64,000 nucleotides of DNA, from NCBI GenBank assembly GCA_046290225.1, contig JBKAGE010000037.1, positions 288,001 to 352,000 of the forward strand, in the 5' to 3' direction. The translations under genes and the position numbers were made by a program. The notes beneath the pieces are model-generated. The model was not told where the DNA came from, made no database searches, and saw nothing but the letters and a program-made list of their open reading frames with translations. Of the stretch, positions 24,666-35,992 are shown in pieces (position 1 is the first letter of the stretch; the number at the start of each line of letters is the position of its first letter). The stretch is from Bradymonadia bacterium (GTDB lineage Bacteria; Myxococcota_A; Bradymonadia; UBA7976; UBA1532).

Positions 24666-25816
24666 CCCGCGCCGTCGAGAGAGAGCTCGAGCACTTCATC
24701 CCGATCCCCCGAGCCCGGATCGTCGACGAGCTGTGCGCTCGGGACGATCTGTCCGAGGGCGAGCGCCGCGCCTTCGCCCAGTTCACGCGCATCGTCACTC
24801 AGCTGACCCACTACCAGTTCCACCACACACGAGAGCGACTCAAAGATCGCTACCTGCCCCTGGCCCCCGAGGGTGACTTGCTGGTGGAGCGCTTCGACGA
24901 GCCCGCGGTACGTCAGGCCCGAGAGGCAGAGTTCCTCGAGACCCTCGACCGGCTCTTGATTCAGGCCAACTACGTGCACCTCGAGGGTGAGGCTCTCGAT
25001 CGCATCTTCTCGTTGCCTTCACCCTTCCGCGTGCAGCTGAAGGTGAGCCTCAAAGAGTACGAAGTGCTCAAGGTCTACTATCGAGGCCAGGGGGAAGAGG
25101 TCGAACGCACCCGCAGCTGGCGCACATTTTTCCGAGTGAACGAGCGTCGATATGCCGTCTTCTCCCGTGTGGCCCTCGTGGTCCGCGAGAAGGGTGAAGA
25201 TCGGTTGCTGCTCAAGCTCTTCACCGACGTGCCTCAGGCGGGTCTCGAGATGCTGATGCCCCGTACCAGGGTGAGCATCGCCAAATCGGATCGCTGGCAA
25301 CTGCTGATCCTGGTGCTCAGCATCGCCGCCGGTGGCTTCGGGGTGGTGCAGGCCCTGCTCAACGGCATCAAATCGGTGCTGTTCCTGGCGCTGATCCTGG
25401 GTTTGTGGGCCTTCAAGGTCGCCGTGGGCATTCGCGTGGCCCGGGATCGCTTCACAGCATTCCTCGTGAAGAAACTCTACTACGCCAACCTCACCAACAA
25501 CCTCGGGGTGATCCACGAGCTGATCGACCTCGCTGAAGAGGAAGAGGTGAAGGAGACGATCCTGGCGTACTACTTCCTACGTCAGGCGGGGGGTCGACTC
25601 GACGAGCAAACCCTCGATGAGCGGGTGGAGGCGTACCTGTTCGACACCTTCGGCGCGCGCTGTGACTTCGAGGTGGATGACGGGGTGCGCAAGCTGGTGG
25701 ATCTGGGTTTGGTCGAGACTCAGGGCGACACGCTGGTGAGCGTGCACCCGCTGGAAGCCTGCCGCGCTCTGGACGCCCGATGGGACGGTATCTTCGTGGG
25801 CCCGGGGCAGACCTGA
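24662..25816 (+). CDS. TMEM143/DUF3754 family membrane protein
   Basis: Motifs EHFIP, LKLFTDVP, two TM helices, AEEEEVKETILAYYFL and DFEVDDG; ATGA overlap with tetR. Confidence 0.82.
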   Translation: MTRAVERELEHFIPIPRARIVDELCARDDLSEGERRAFAQFTRIVTQLTHYQFHHTRERLKDRYLPLAPEGDLLVERFDEPAVRQAREAEFLETLDRLLIQANYVHLEGEALDRIFSLPSPFRVQLKVSLKEYEVLKVYYRGQGEEVERTRSWRTFFRVNERRYAVFSRVALVVREKGEDRLLLKLFTDVPQAGLEMLMPRTRVSIAKSDRWQLLILVLSIAAGGFGVVQALLNGIKSVLFLALILGLWAFKVAVGIRVARDRFTAFLVKKLYYANLTNNLGVIHELIDLAEEEEVKETILAYYFLRQAGGRLDEQTLDERVEAYLFDTFGARCDFEVDDGVRKLVDLGLVETQGDTLVSVHPLEACRALDARWDGIFVGPGQT

Positions 25817-25822
25817 ATCTCT

Positions 25823-27820
25823 CTACAGCTGCTGCACGGCGTTGAGGTAATCACCGATCTGCGCCTCGAGTCGGGCGGTGCGGGTGGCCAGCTCGTCGGC
25901 TGCAGATTCTACAGCACGGGCCTCCCGGCTCGACGTATCAGCGCCTTCTTCCACCGATACGATGGCCTCACCCACCTGCTGGGCGCCATCGCTCACCTGA
26001 CACATGCTGGCGGTGATCTCCCGAGTGGAGACGGCCTGCTCTTCTACGGTGCTGGCGATGGCGCTGGCAGCCTCGGTGGCCATACGCACGGCGTCGGTGA
26101 TCTCGTCGATGGCGGCCACCATGTGCCGCACCTCACCCTGCACCTCGTCGATCTGACGGGAGATGTCCTCGGTGGCCTTGGCGGTCTGGTTGGCGAGGTT
26201 CTTCACCTCGTCGGCCACCACGGCAAAGCCCTTACCTGCTTCACCGGCCCGGGCAGCCTCGATGGTGGCGTTGAGGGCCAACAGGTTCGTCTGATCGGCG
26301 ATCTCGTTGATGAGATCGGTGAATTGCCCGATGCGCTCGGTGGAGCTGGCGAGGGCAGCGATGACCTCGGTGGTGCTGTTGGCCTTACCCTCGGCGGTCT
26401 GGCACACAGCCTGGGACTCCTGTACCCGGGCGCTGATGTCTTCTACAGCGGAGGCGAGCTGCTGTGCCGCTGCGGCCACGGCGCCCACGCTCTGCTGAGC
26501 GACATCAGATGCACCCACGGCGCTCTGAGCGCCCTGCCGGGTTTCGTCGGCGATCCGGGTCATGACGGTGGAGTTCTGTCGCAAGCCTTCTGATCCCTGG
26601 CGCAGGGCGTTCATGGTGTCGGTGACCTGATCTCGGAACTGCTTGCTCATCTCGCCGAGGGCCTCGGCGCGCTCTGCCTGCCGCCGACTCTCCGCCGCGC
26701 TCCGGGCGGCGAGCTCTTCCACCTGCATCATGCTGTGCTTGAAGACCTCTACGGTGCGGGCCATGGCGCCCACCTCGTCTGTGCGCTCGGTCCCCGGCAC
26801 GACAGCCTGGAAATGCTTGTTGGCGATCTCACCCATGGCCTCGGTGAGGGCGCTCAGAGGGCCAGTGATGCTCCGGCCGATCCGCCACCCGGCGATGCCG
26901 CCGATGAGCACCACCAGACACGCCAGGGCGATGGTGGTGTAGATGGTGCCCTCCATGTGCTCACCAGCGGTCTGGCCCAGGCTCTTCTGGCTCTGTGCCG
27001 ATGCCGCTTCGAGGGTTTTGATCTGCGTGGCGATGGACTGGCCCGCGCCCTCGAGCGTGCCCTCGATGAGCTCAACTCGGCGCTTCATCATCTGTTCGAA
27101 GGTGTCGAGGGTGGTGAGGTAACCCTGGGCGGCCTTGAAGCCCGCGGCGAGGCTCTTGCGCTGGCCATCGGTCTTGATCGCGTTCTCGAGCAGTCCCTTG
27201 GCCTTGAAGGCCCGTTCGTAGTGGCTGCGGGCCTCCTCGAGGCCATCGCTCTGGCCCACCATGTAGCGCGTCACCTGGCTGCGCCCGCGGGTCCATGACC
27301 GCAGGATGACCACGGCGGGTAGGGCGATGTCGAAGTCCTCGGTATAAACCGCCGCGTCAGTGACCGACTCAAAGTGGCCAAATGCCGTGTCTCCCTGACT
27401 GATGAGGCTCGCTTTGACCTGCTCAAGCTCTCCTGTGAGCTTCACTGCCTCGTCGAAGGTGCTCCGGTAGCCCTCGAGGCCATTGATCAGAGACTTGAGG
27501 TCCGCCTTGATCTGCTCATCCTGGATCATCCCCCGGCTCTGCTCCACCTGCGCCACCGCCTGATCGATGAGCCCATGGGTCATCTCGACACGGGCTGGCG
27601 TGGATTGGATCAGATAGTCCTTCACCTCAGTGCGTGCCGAGAGCAGGTGAGTCTGTACGTGGCTCAAGCCCTTTGAAGCGTCTGCCTGGCCTTGATAGGC
27701 CTCGAAGACGTCGCAAGCCTCGGTGAGACTGATCGTGGCCCAGGCGGCCATGAGCACGGCGAGGGCACTGAGCATGCCAAAGCCGAGGTTCATGCGCTGT
27801 TTGATGTTCAGATGGGTCAT
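25823..27820 (-). CDS. Methyl-accepting chemotaxis protein (periplasmic helical sensor, HAMP)
   Basis: Motif [34 protein letters not shown]; two TM helices; [12 protein letters not shown]. Confidence 0.97.
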   Translation of the reverse strand: MTHLNIKQRMNLGFGMLSALAVLMAAWATISLTEACDVFEAYQGQADASKGLSHVQTHLLSARTEVKDYLIQSTPARVEMTHGLIDQAVAQVEQSRGMIQDEQIKADLKSLINGLEGYRSTFDEAVKLTGELEQVKASLISQGDTAFGHFESVTDAAVYTEDFDIALPAVVILRSWTRGRSQVTRYMVGQSDGLEEARSHYERAFKAKGLLENAIKTDGQRKSLAAGFKAAQGYLTTLDTFEQMMKRRVELIEGTLEGAGQSIATQIKTLEAASAQSQKSLGQTAGEHMEGTIYTTIALACLVVLIGGIAGWRIGRSITGPLSALTEAMGEIANKHFQAVVPGTERTDEVGAMARTVEVFKHSMMQVEELAARSAAESRRQAERAEALGEMSKQFRDQVTDTMNALRQGSEGLRQNSTVMTRIADETRQGAQSAVGASDVAQQSVGAVAAAAQQLASAVEDISARVQESQAVCQTAEGKANSTTEVIAALASSTERIGQFTDLINEIADQTNLLALNATIEAARAGEAGKGFAVVADEVKNLANQTAKATEDISRQIDEVQGEVRHMVAAIDEITDAVRMATEAASAIASTVEEQAVSTREITASMCQVSDGAQQVGEAIVSVEEGADTSSREARAVESAADELATRTARLEAQIGDYLNAVQQL

Positions 27821-28021
27821 GGGGGCTCCTGTATTGCCCGATGAGCAGGGCATTGCGTGCCCATCGGGGTGCGGGCTCTCCGGTCAGGACAGATGTCGTC
27901 CCATGACCACATCGGCATGCAACGCCTCAAAGCTGAGCCGTGGCCATCTGTGGGCCCATTGCACCTGATGCATCTTCCGGTCCACCATGCCCACCGACCA
28001 ACATCACGTGTGGAGCTGAGA

Positions 28022-29992
28022 ATGCGGCGTGTGACCATGCTCTTGGGGGGGTTGGCCCTGGTGGGCTCTTGGGGCTGTGACGATGACGATGGCACTTCGA
28101 CACCTGCATCTGATGCTCTGGCGCCTGATGCCGCCATGGCCGACGCCGATGTGTCGATGCGTGATGCTGATGTGGCTGACAGCTCAGTGCAGGCTGACGC
28201 TGAGCCGGACGCTGAGATCACCCCTGACGCCGCGTGTACCTTCGAGCCCGAAGTCCTCGATGACGTCGAGGCGCCGCCGATCTACACCCCGCGGTGGGCC
28301 TTCAGCCCCTGGATCTCCAAAGACATCTCTGATCGTGACGACACCTTCGCCTTCGTGGCGGGGTTCCGCGAGCGCGACATCCCCGTGGGGGTGGTGGTCC
28401 TCGATTCACCGTGGGAGACCCACTACAACACCTTCGTGCCCAACCCGAGCCGCTACCCCGACTTCGAGCAGATGGTGGCGGACCTGCGCGCAGACGACAT
28501 CCGCACGGTCTTGTGGATCACCCAGATGATCAACTCGGTGAGCCTGGATCTCGAGGTGGGAGGCGATCGCTACATGGGGCCCTCGCCCAACCTCGCCGAG
28601 GCCGAGCTGTGCGATTTTTTGGTGGAAGACGGCGAGGTCTTCACGTGGTGGAAGGGCCGTGGCGCGGGACTCGACTTCTTCAATCCCCAGGCCCGCACAT
28701 GGTGGCATCGTCAGCAAGACGACCTCTACGACATGGGCATTGCTGGCTGGAAGCTGGACTTCGGCGAGCAGTACATCGAAGCGGATCCGATGATGACTGC
28801 TGAAGGGCCACAGAGTCTGCAGGCCTACTCTGAAGCCTACTACGAAGACTTCTACGCCTATGGCGCCTCCCGCCTGGGCACCGACGAGTTCGTCACCATG
28901 GTGCGGCCTTACGACAAGTCGTATCAGTTCGAGGGGCGCTTCTACGCCCGACCAGAGCACGCGCCGGTGGCCTGGGTGGGCGACAACCGCCGCGACTGGG
29001 TGGGCCTCGTCGACGCCCTCGATCACACCTTCCGCTCTGCTCAAGCGGGCTATGTGGTGGTGGGCTCCGACGTGGGTGGCTACCTCGACTTCGAAGATGT
29101 GGGCTTCACCCCCGGCCCACCGGTGCCCTTCATCTGGGAGACCTTTGTCCGCTGGGTGGCCATGGGGGCCATGACGCCCTTCATGCAGCTGCACGGCCGA
29201 GCCAACCTCGAGCCCTGGAACCTGCCCGAGCGCTCTGAAGAGGCACTGGCAGTCTATCGCTACTGGGCCTGGCTACACGAAGCCATGGTGCCCTTCTGGT
29301 ACAGCCTCGCGGAGCAGGCCTATGCGGGCGGTGACAACATCATCCGACCCATCGGCGACACCCCTGAGGCCTGGGCCGATGACTGGCGCTATCAGCTTGG
29401 TGACGCCCTCCTGGTGGCGCCCATCATCGAGCCCGGCGGCGTACGCAATGTAACGCTGCCAGAAGGGGCGCGCTGGATCGACTGGTGGCGCCAGGACGAA
29501 GATCCCCTCGAAGGGGGCCAGACGCTGGCAGACTACGATGCTGCTGATCCACTGGTGATGCCGCTGTTCATCCGCGAAGGGGCCATCATCCCCATGGTGG
29601 TGCGCAACGAGGTGAACGGCCTCGGCGACGGCAGCTCGGCCGATCACTGGACGATGGTGATGTTCCCCGGCACAGAGCTGTCGTCGTTCACGCTCATCGA
29701 AGATGACGAGATGCCCAGCACGATCACCCTCGACCCCAATGGGGATGATCAACGCATCGAGATCTCCCGCAGTCTGAAGCCGCTCCGCCTGCGCGTGCGC
29801 CAGGAGGAAGCCCCTGGCGAGGTGCTCCTCGACGGCGCCCCTCTGGAGCAGGTCGACGGCGCAGGGGTGGGCGATCTGGCAGGGGTGGCCTCTGGCTGGC
29901 TCTACGAAGCGGCGACCCGCTCACTCTGGGTCGAGCTGCCCGCCTCTGAAGATGGCTGGTCGATCACCCTATCCCCAGCCCGCGTCGAGTAG
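28022..29992 (+). CDS. Glycoside hydrolase family 31 lipoprotein
   Basis: Lipobox SWGC; motifs PRWAF, LDSPW, WKLDFGE (nucleophile), WVGD, GSDVGG and GDALLVAP. Confidence 0.9.
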   Translation: MRRVTMLLGGLALVGSWGCDDDDGTSTPASDALAPDAAMADADVSMRDADVADSSVQADAEPDAEITPDAACTFEPEVLDDVEAPPIYTPRWAFSPWISKDISDRDDTFAFVAGFRERDIPVGVVVLDSPWETHYNTFVPNPSRYPDFEQMVADLRADDIRTVLWITQMINSVSLDLEVGGDRYMGPSPNLAEAELCDFLVEDGEVFTWWKGRGAGLDFFNPQARTWWHRQQDDLYDMGIAGWKLDFGEQYIEADPMMTAEGPQSLQAYSEAYYEDFYAYGASRLGTDEFVTMVRPYDKSYQFEGRFYARPEHAPVAWVGDNRRDWVGLVDALDHTFRSAQAGYVVVGSDVGGYLDFEDVGFTPGPPVPFIWETFVRWVAMGAMTPFMQLHGRANLEPWNLPERSEEALAVYRYWAWLHEAMVPFWYSLAEQAYAGGDNIIRPIGDTPEAWADDWRYQLGDALLVAPIIEPGGVRNVTLPEGARWIDWWRQDEDPLEGGQTLADYDAADPLVMPLFIREGAIIPMVVRNEVNGLGDGSSADHWTMVMFPGTELSSFTLIEDDEMPSTITLDPNGDDQRIEISRSLKPLRLRVRQEEAPGEVLLDGAPLEQVDGAGVGDLAGVASGWLYEAATRSLWVELPASEDGWSITLSPARVE

Positions 29993-30044
29993 AGCTTGGG
30001 GCACCCCACCCTCGACCCGCTGATGGCCGAAGCGTGGCGCTGGC

Positions 30045-33000
30045 TCAGCGCCGCCGGCGGGGCTTGAGCAGAGGCAAGCCCAACAGCAACAGCCAGAAGC
30101 TGCTGCCTGGGCCCTGACGGCCGCCAACGTCACAGGAACAGCCCACCTCTTCCGGTGCGCCACCCTCTGCAGCGCCGACGTTGCCGCCTTCACCGCCCGC
30201 GCCCATGTCGGTGGCCGCGTCGGGGGGATCAATGCCGATGCCCATGTCGTCTTCACCGCCGACCTCGCCACCGACGCCACCGGCACCGCCTTCGCCGCCC
30301 ATGCCGCCTTCGCCGCCCATGCCGCCGGCACCACCGGCAACGTCGCCGCCCATGCCACCGGCGCCGCCGGCCATCTCGCCGCCCATGCCACCTTCACCGC
30401 CCATACCACCTTCGCCGCCCATGCCGCCGGCACCGCCCTCACCACCGATGGGCTCCTGGGGCCAGTCGCCGATGCACTGAGCACGGCCCGCAGCATCGAG
30501 CTCGCAACGCTGGTTCGGGGGACACACGATGGAGAAGCAAGGATCGTCCACGCACTGGCCATCACGGCAAAGACGACCCTGACCGCAGTCTTCCGGGCAG
30601 CCCACAGGGCCTTCAGGGGCCACACAGGCCCCCTCGCGGCAGATCTGACCGTCTGGGCAGTCAACCTGAGCGCAGGGGCCGAGCTCGACGCAGACCCCCG
30701 CCTCGCAGCGTTGATCACCGGCACAGGCCACGTCGGCGCAACTGTCGATGCACTCGCCCTCGCGGCAGAACTCGCCTGCAGCGCACTCGGCCTCGTGGCA
30801 GGGATCAGCCTCACAGGCACCCTCGATGCAGCGCAAACCCGGGGCACAGCCGTTGACGTAACAGTCGTCGACCACACACTCGCCCATCACGCAGATGTCG
30901 CTGCCGTTGCAGCCCTGGCCTTCGCAGGGGTTCACGCAGATGCCTTCTTCACAGCGCAGGCCCCAGGGGCAAACCACCGCGTCGCAGGGATCCTCTGCAC
31001 ATACGTTGCCGTCGGCGCAGACGAGGTTGCCGTCGCACTCACCAAAGACACATGGGTCGAAGCAGCGGCCTGCCTGACAGAGCTCGCCCTCGGGGCAGTT
31101 GGGATCTTCGTCGATCTCGCCGTCGCAGTCCTCGTCTTCGCCGTTGCAGACGTCGAGTCGATCCATGGCCTGTCGGGCCGGATCAGCGTCACATTCGCCG
31201 CAGCGGTTGCGCAGATTCTCGTCGATGGTGCCGTCGCAGTTGTTGTCCCAGCCATCGCACACCTCGTCGCTCGGGGCGAAGTTGGGCATACAGATGATCT
31301 GGCCGCCGTCACACATGGTCTGGCCCAGCGCGCAGAGGCCCAGCTGGCCGGTCACGCAGCGCTCGCCAGCGCCGGGGACCTCTTCGTCGACGTTGCCGTC
31401 ACAGTCGTTGTCCAAGCCGTCGCAGAGCTCGGGGGTCGCCGCGATCTCCGGGGCGCAGATGAGCGCGCCGGCATCACAGACATAGATGCCAGGACCACAC
31501 ACGCCGGGCAGATCGGAGACACAGTCTGACGACAGCAGCGGATCGGTCTCGTCGAGCAGGCCGTTGCAGTCGTTGTCGGCGCCGTCGCACACCTCGTTGG
31601 TGGGCAGCACCTGGTTCTCGCAGCCACCCCACTCACCGGCCTCACAGGTGCTGGTGCCCTCGCGGCACTGACCCTGACCGGCGGTGCCATCGGGGCCCTC
31701 ATAACACCCCCGGACCAGATCCTCGTCGATGGTGCCGTCGCAGTCGTTGTCGAGACCGTCACACACCTCGTCATTGGGCAGCGCCTGACCGACACAGTCG
31801 GCCCACTCCCCGAAGCCACATGCCTGAGTACCGGTGACGCACTCGCCGACATCGGCGGTGCCTTCAGGGCCGTCGTAGCAGCCACGAGTGACGTTCTCGT
31901 CGGCCTCGCCATCACAGTCGTCGTCTCGGGCGTTGCAGGTCTCGGCCACCTGGTCAGGCAAGGCGTCGGGCTCGCACGCGATGCCCTCTTCGCCGTTGCA
32001 CACGGTGACGCCACGGCCACAGGCGCCGGCCAGCTCGGTCTCACAGCGGGCGCCTACACCGGGTACACCGTCGTCAGTGGCGCCGTTGCAGTTGTTGTCC
32101 ACCCCGTCACAGACCTCGTCGCTGGGCAGCACCTGGCCTTCACAGGCACCCCACTCACCGGCCACACAGGCCTGAGAGCCGCGGACACACACACCGACCC
32201 CGACCAGCTCGGCTTCGCCGTCGAAGCAGGCTCGAGCGAGGCCCTCGTCCACCTGACCGTCACAGTCGTTGTCGAGGCCGTCGCAGACCTCTGCCTGCAC
32301 ATCGGGCTGCACCACGGGCTCGCACCGGAGACCCGCGGGGCCAGCACACACCTGGCGGCCCTCACCACAGATGCCCTGCAGCTCGGTCTGGCAGGCATCG
32401 CCGGCACCCTGAGGCGTCTCGTCGGTGGTGCCGTCACAATCGTTGTCGAGGCCGTCGCACAGCTCGGCGGCAGGCAACACCTGACCGGCACATGCGCCCC
32501 AGTTCCCGGCATTGCAAGTGAGCACGCCGCCGGCGCACAGGCCCACGCCAGCTGTGCCCTCAGGGCCCTCGTAGCACCCTTGGAGCAGTGCCTCGTCGAT
32601 GGCGCCGTCACAATCTTCGTCGCGGTTGTCACAGGTCTCTTCGATCTGACCGGGGCCCACCTCGCCACGGCAGCTCAAGCCGCCGGCGCCCTCACAAATC
32701 TGAATGCCCGGCGCGCAGACACCCGGCTGCCCGGTGTTGCATGCCGCGCCGGCGCCTGCAGGGGCATCATCAGCGACCCCATCGCAATCGTTGTCGAGGC
32801 CGTCACAGATCTCGGCGCTGGGCAGCACCTGACCCTCGCAGGCACCCCACTCACCGGCGCCACAGGCCTGAGTGCCCCCTGCACACACGCCCACTCCGGC
32901 GGTGCCATCAGGGCCGTCGTAGCAGCCCCGGTCGAGGTTCTCGTCGACGACGGCGTCGCAGTCTTCGTCACGGTTGTCGCAGGTTTCGGCGCGCTGGCCG

Positions 33001-34760
33001 GGCTGGCTCGTGGGCTGACAGGACATGCCCGCAGCGCCACGGCACCGCATCACCCCGTCATCGCAGATGCCCGGCAGCTGAGTGCGGCAGTCGTCACCCT
33101 CACCGATGATGTTCTCGTCGATGTCGCCATCACAGTCGTTGTCGATGCCGTCGCACAGCTCTGCCTCGGCGGTGATGGCGCAGATGTAGTCGTCACAGGC
33201 GTCGCCGATGCCATCGCCATCCGCGTCGATCTGATCTGCGTTGGCTACAGCGGGGCAGTTGTCACAGGGATCACCCACGCCATCGCCGTCGCCGTCCGGG
33301 ACCTCACCAGCAATGTTCGGGCAGAGATCGCAGGCGTCGCCGACCCCATCGCCATCTGCGTCTGCTTGATCAGGGTTGGGGATCGGGCAGTTGTCACACT
33401 GATCACCTGCGCCATCGCCGTCCGCGTCGGCCTGATCCGGGTTGGGGATACCAGGGCAGACGTCGATGTCGTCACAGATGTCGTCGCGATCGGCGTCGAT
33501 GCAGGCGGCGCCGATGGAGCGCTGCATGATCAACAGCGCATAGGCCTGCTCGGCGTAAGTGTTCCAGCGAGGGTTGCCTCCATGGTTGAAGAGGCCGTTG
33601 GCGCCCTGCTGGCTCATCAGTGTGTAGGCATAGTCGTAGTACCAGCCCGGCTCTTCACCAGAGTAGTAGCCAGCGCCTTCAGCGCCCCGGCTGGGCACTC
33701 GCGGATCAGCCTCGGGGTTCCGGCGGGCCAGGCGGCTGCCCTGGGCGGCGAGGGCACCGATGTCGGCCGGCGTGATGCTGCCCGCGTTGGGCGCCACCCC
33801 ACCATCTTCGAGGATGCTGTACCCCTTCGCCGTGGCCCACATGTAGTAGTAGTAAGCTTGACGCCAGCTGTTATAGGCGGCGTCGATGCTCGTGTAGTTG
33901 TAGATGTTCTGTTGCCAGCCCAGACCCCCCTGGATGGTGGGGTGGTTCAGGTCGAAGTCACCGAGCAGCGAACACCACAACAGCGAGCCGGTCTGCTGAT
34001 AGCTCGATCCGTAGCTGCCCGCGCGATAGCCGAACCCGCCGTCTGCGTTCTGGTAGCGGCTGTACATCGCCGCGGTGCGACCCAGAGCGGTGACGATGTT
34101 GGCGAGGCGCCCACCCCGATCGCCCAGGCGGCTGTAGTAGCCACGTGCAGCGGCGAGGCCTGCAGCAGCGAACTGGGTGGTGGAGGAGTCCGTCTTGGGG
34201 CTGGTGTTGGGGTTGTAGCCCCAGAAACCATCGTAGTTGCCGCCGATTTGCTGAGCGGCGAGGGTCTCGTCCACCAGCTTGTCGATGGCGCCACTCACCG
34301 TGTAGTTGGCCCCGACGTCATCAGGGCCGCCGGTCTCGGCGAAGAGGGACAGGGTCATGAGGGCCTGCCCATGGCAATATGCGTAGAAAGACCGACTGAC
34401 ACCGCAGCTGTTGTTGTTGATCATGCTGCGCAGGCCCGTGATCACCAGGGCCTGGTCATCAGGGCTCAACACATTGTAGCCCTGCTCTCCGTTGGCGCCT
34501 GATTGCTCCATGAGGGCCAGCAGCGCCAACCCTCGACCCCGCTGACGATCGCTCGTCTCCTGGGTGAAGGCGTTGGTGTCGCGCAGATATTGAATACCCG
34601 CCTCGATGGAGGCGTTCACATCTTGCTCGAAGGGTGAGAGCACTTGACCGAAGGACGGCCCGGTGCCCAAGACGGTCAACCCGAAGATCAACCCGGTGAG
34701 GGTGAACCCTCGGAAACGACCAACAAAACGACCGGTCTTGTGCTGCACGTTCATCCCCAT
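30045..34760 (-). CDS. Giant Cys-rich surface protein: prenyltransferase-like alpha/alpha domain, TSP3 repeats, 13 CDGxDNDCDG repeats, EGF-like repeats, Gly/Met linker, MYXO-CTERM-type tail
   Basis: GGAGGT RBS at 34760 and a signal peptide. Motifs QNADGGFGY and [15 protein letters not shown] repeats. C-terminus GCSC...[16 protein letters not shown]. Confidence 0.9.
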   Translation of the reverse strand: MGMNVQHKTGRFVGRFRGFTLTGLIFGLTVLGTGPSFGQVLSPFEQDVNASIEAGIQYLRDTNAFTQETSDRQRGRGLALLALMEQSGANGEQGYNVLSPDDQALVITGLRSMINNNSCGVSRSFYAYCHGQALMTLSLFAETGGPDDVGANYTVSGAIDKLVDETLAAQQIGGNYDGFWGYNPNTSPKTDSSTTQFAAAGLAAARGYYSRLGDRGGRLANIVTALGRTAAMYSRYQNADGGFGYRAGSYGSSYQQTGSLLWCSLLGDFDLNHPTIQGGLGWQQNIYNYTSIDAAYNSWRQAYYYYMWATAKGYSILEDGGVAPNAGSITPADIGALAAQGSRLARRNPEADPRVPSRGAEGAGYYSGEEPGWYYDYAYTLMSQQGANGLFNHGGNPRWNTYAEQAYALLIMQRSIGAACIDADRDDICDDIDVCPGIPNPDQADADGDGAGDQCDNCPIPNPDQADADGDGVGDACDLCPNIAGEVPDGDGDGVGDPCDNCPAVANADQIDADGDGIGDACDDYICAITAEAELCDGIDNDCDGDIDENIIGEGDDCRTQLPGICDDGVMRCRGAAGMSCQPTSQPGQRAETCDNRDEDCDAVVDENLDRGCYDGPDGTAGVGVCAGGTQACGAGEWGACEGQVLPSAEICDGLDNDCDGVADDAPAGAGAACNTGQPGVCAPGIQICEGAGGLSCRGEVGPGQIEETCDNRDEDCDGAIDEALLQGCYEGPEGTAGVGLCAGGVLTCNAGNWGACAGQVLPAAELCDGLDNDCDGTTDETPQGAGDACQTELQGICGEGRQVCAGPAGLRCEPVVQPDVQAEVCDGLDNDCDGQVDEGLARACFDGEAELVGVGVCVRGSQACVAGEWGACEGQVLPSDEVCDGVDNNCNGATDDGVPGVGARCETELAGACGRGVTVCNGEEGIACEPDALPDQVAETCNARDDDCDGEADENVTRGCYDGPEGTADVGECVTGTQACGFGEWADCVGQALPNDEVCDGLDNDCDGTIDEDLVRGCYEGPDGTAGQGQCREGTSTCEAGEWGGCENQVLPTNEVCDGADNDCNGLLDETDPLLSSDCVSDLPGVCGPGIYVCDAGALICAPEIAATPELCDGLDNDCDGNVDEEVPGAGERCVTGQLGLCALGQTMCDGGQIICMPNFAPSDEVCDGWDNNCDGTIDENLRNRCGECDADPARQAMDRLDVCNGEDEDCDGEIDEDPNCPEGELCQAGRCFDPCVFGECDGNLVCADGNVCAEDPCDAVVCPWGLRCEEGICVNPCEGQGCNGSDICVMGECVVDDCYVNGCAPGLRCIEGACEADPCHEAECAAGEFCREGECIDSCADVACAGDQRCEAGVCVELGPCAQVDCPDGQICREGACVAPEGPVGCPEDCGQGRLCRDGQCVDDPCFSIVCPPNQRCELDAAGRAQCIGDWPQEPIGGEGGAGGMGGEGGMGGEGGMGGEMAGGAGGMGGDVAGGAGGMGGEGGMGGEGGAGGVGGEVGGEDDMGIGIDPPDAATDMGAGGEGGNVGAAEGGAPEEVGCSCDVGGRQGPGSSFWLLLLGLPLLKPRRRR

Positions 34761-35002
34761 GAGTCGGCACCTCCCAGCCAGAGAGGTTAGCCTGCGCTCA
34801 TGCTCGGCAGCAACGGTCACATCATGCGCAAGGGTAGTCTCAATGGGTAGTTCTCACGACACCCCATTGTGCTCAACAACACACATCAAACACCACAAGC
34901 ATCTGAATTTATTCCACTTCGAGTCACCACCGCCCAATTCCCCACTGTGCTCATTTGAAGCAATGGAACCAGACCGGTTGTTCAAATGGCCCACTCTGAA
35001 CC

Positions 35003-35026
35003 GCGGGGGGTCATTTTTGACCCCGC
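35003..35026 (-). terminator. Hairpin just downstream of the 35040 stop
   Basis: GCGGGGTCA-AAAA-TGACCCC(CC)GC on the minus strand; no long U-tract. Confidence 0.45.
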
Positions 35027-35039
35027 TGCCCGTAAAGCT

Positions 35040-35900
35040 TCAGCGGTGTCCGGGGAAGGGTGAAGGCGAGCCGGGAGGCGGAGGCGCGAAGGCTGTGGGG
35101 CGCCTGATCTGCACACCACGGGCGATGAGGCCTTCTCGATCGTCGTAGTACACCGCCAGCAGGGCCTCCGGGCGCTGGGCGTCAGCGCGCACAAAGGGCA
35201 CCTCTACGGCATGATCGACCACGCCGTGGCCATACTGTGTGCCGATGTTCTGGCGACGACGGGCGGGCATCGGCTCCGCAGCTGCGACATCTTCAGCTTC
35301 CTGAGCCATATCGCCGAAGCCTGGCGTCGGTGCGGGGGCGATCTTGTGGGCCATGGGCTGCACCTTCTCTCTGAAGATCGCCGCGCCGATGACCCCGATG
35401 TGCTGGGGAGAGCCCATCCGACCGGCATAGCTGTCACCAGGGGCGGTGAAGCGGAAACTGGCCACCTCGCTCCAGTTCTTTCTGAAGCCGCGCACATCGA
35501 CGTGGCCATATGGCTCGATGATGTAGCCCCGCTGGGCGGCGAAGTCGCCGACCTGCCCGCTGATCACGTCTCGACCATCGACGGTGATGACCGCCTCGAC
35601 GCGCTGAGCCGTGGGGTTGCTGATGCGCACACTGTAGCCCTGGCCCGACATGCCCTCGACATAGGTCACACCTTGATGCTGGTAAGTGGGCAGAGCACCC
35701 CCGCCATTGTGGTTCACGCTGAGAGACCACGGTCCCACCTGGCTCGGGGCGCCATGGCCGCTGCTCGGGGGCTGAATCAGCGGCTGGCTGCTGTCGATGG
35801 TGCAGCCTGTCGCGAGCGTCAGCGCGAGGCTGAGGGAGAGCAGGCCCTTGATCGAAAGGCCTGTACCGAGGGTGGATGAGCGGGGATGTGTGTCGTGCAT
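35040..35900 (-). CDS. Conserved hypothetical lipoprotein
   Basis: Lipobox ATGC. Motifs VITVDGRDVISG, RGYII, FRFT..DSYA and IGVIGAAIFRE resemble an uncharacterised family I recall from myxobacteria and xanthomonads. Confidence 0.8.
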   Translation of the reverse strand: MHDTHPRSSTLGTGLSIKGLLSLSLALTLATGCTIDSSQPLIQPPSSGHGAPSQVGPWSLSVNHNGGGALPTYQHQGVTYVEGMSGQGYSVRISNPTAQRVEAVITVDGRDVISGQVGDFAAQRGYIIEPYGHVDVRGFRKNWSEVASFRFTAPGDSYAGRMGSPQHIGVIGAAIFREKVQPMAHKIAPAPTPGFGDMAQEAEDVAAAEPMPARRRQNIGTQYGHGVVDHAVEVPFVRADAQRPEALLAVYYDDREGLIARGVQIRRPTAFAPPPPGSPSPFPGHR

Positions 35901-35932
35901 GCAGTGACCTCCAGTGGAAGAGGTCTACGACG

Positions 35933-35968
35933 AAGCTGCCTGGAGGATCTCTTGAGGCGGCTTTTTTT
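35933..35968 (+). terminator. Intrinsic terminator oriented on the + strand (antisense to both flanking genes)
   Basis: Stem AAGCTGCCT/AGGCGGCTT with a T7 tract at 35962-35968; the G-U pair forms only on the + strand. Confidence 0.6.
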
Positions 35969-35992
35969 GTTCCAGGTTTTTCTTCCAGCGGC

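Noticed and set aside
34946..35030. AAATGACCCC/AAATGGCCCAC motifs reminiscent of IS21-family ends
   Set aside because: No transposase, partner end or target duplication is present; a terminator hairpin is the simpler explanation.
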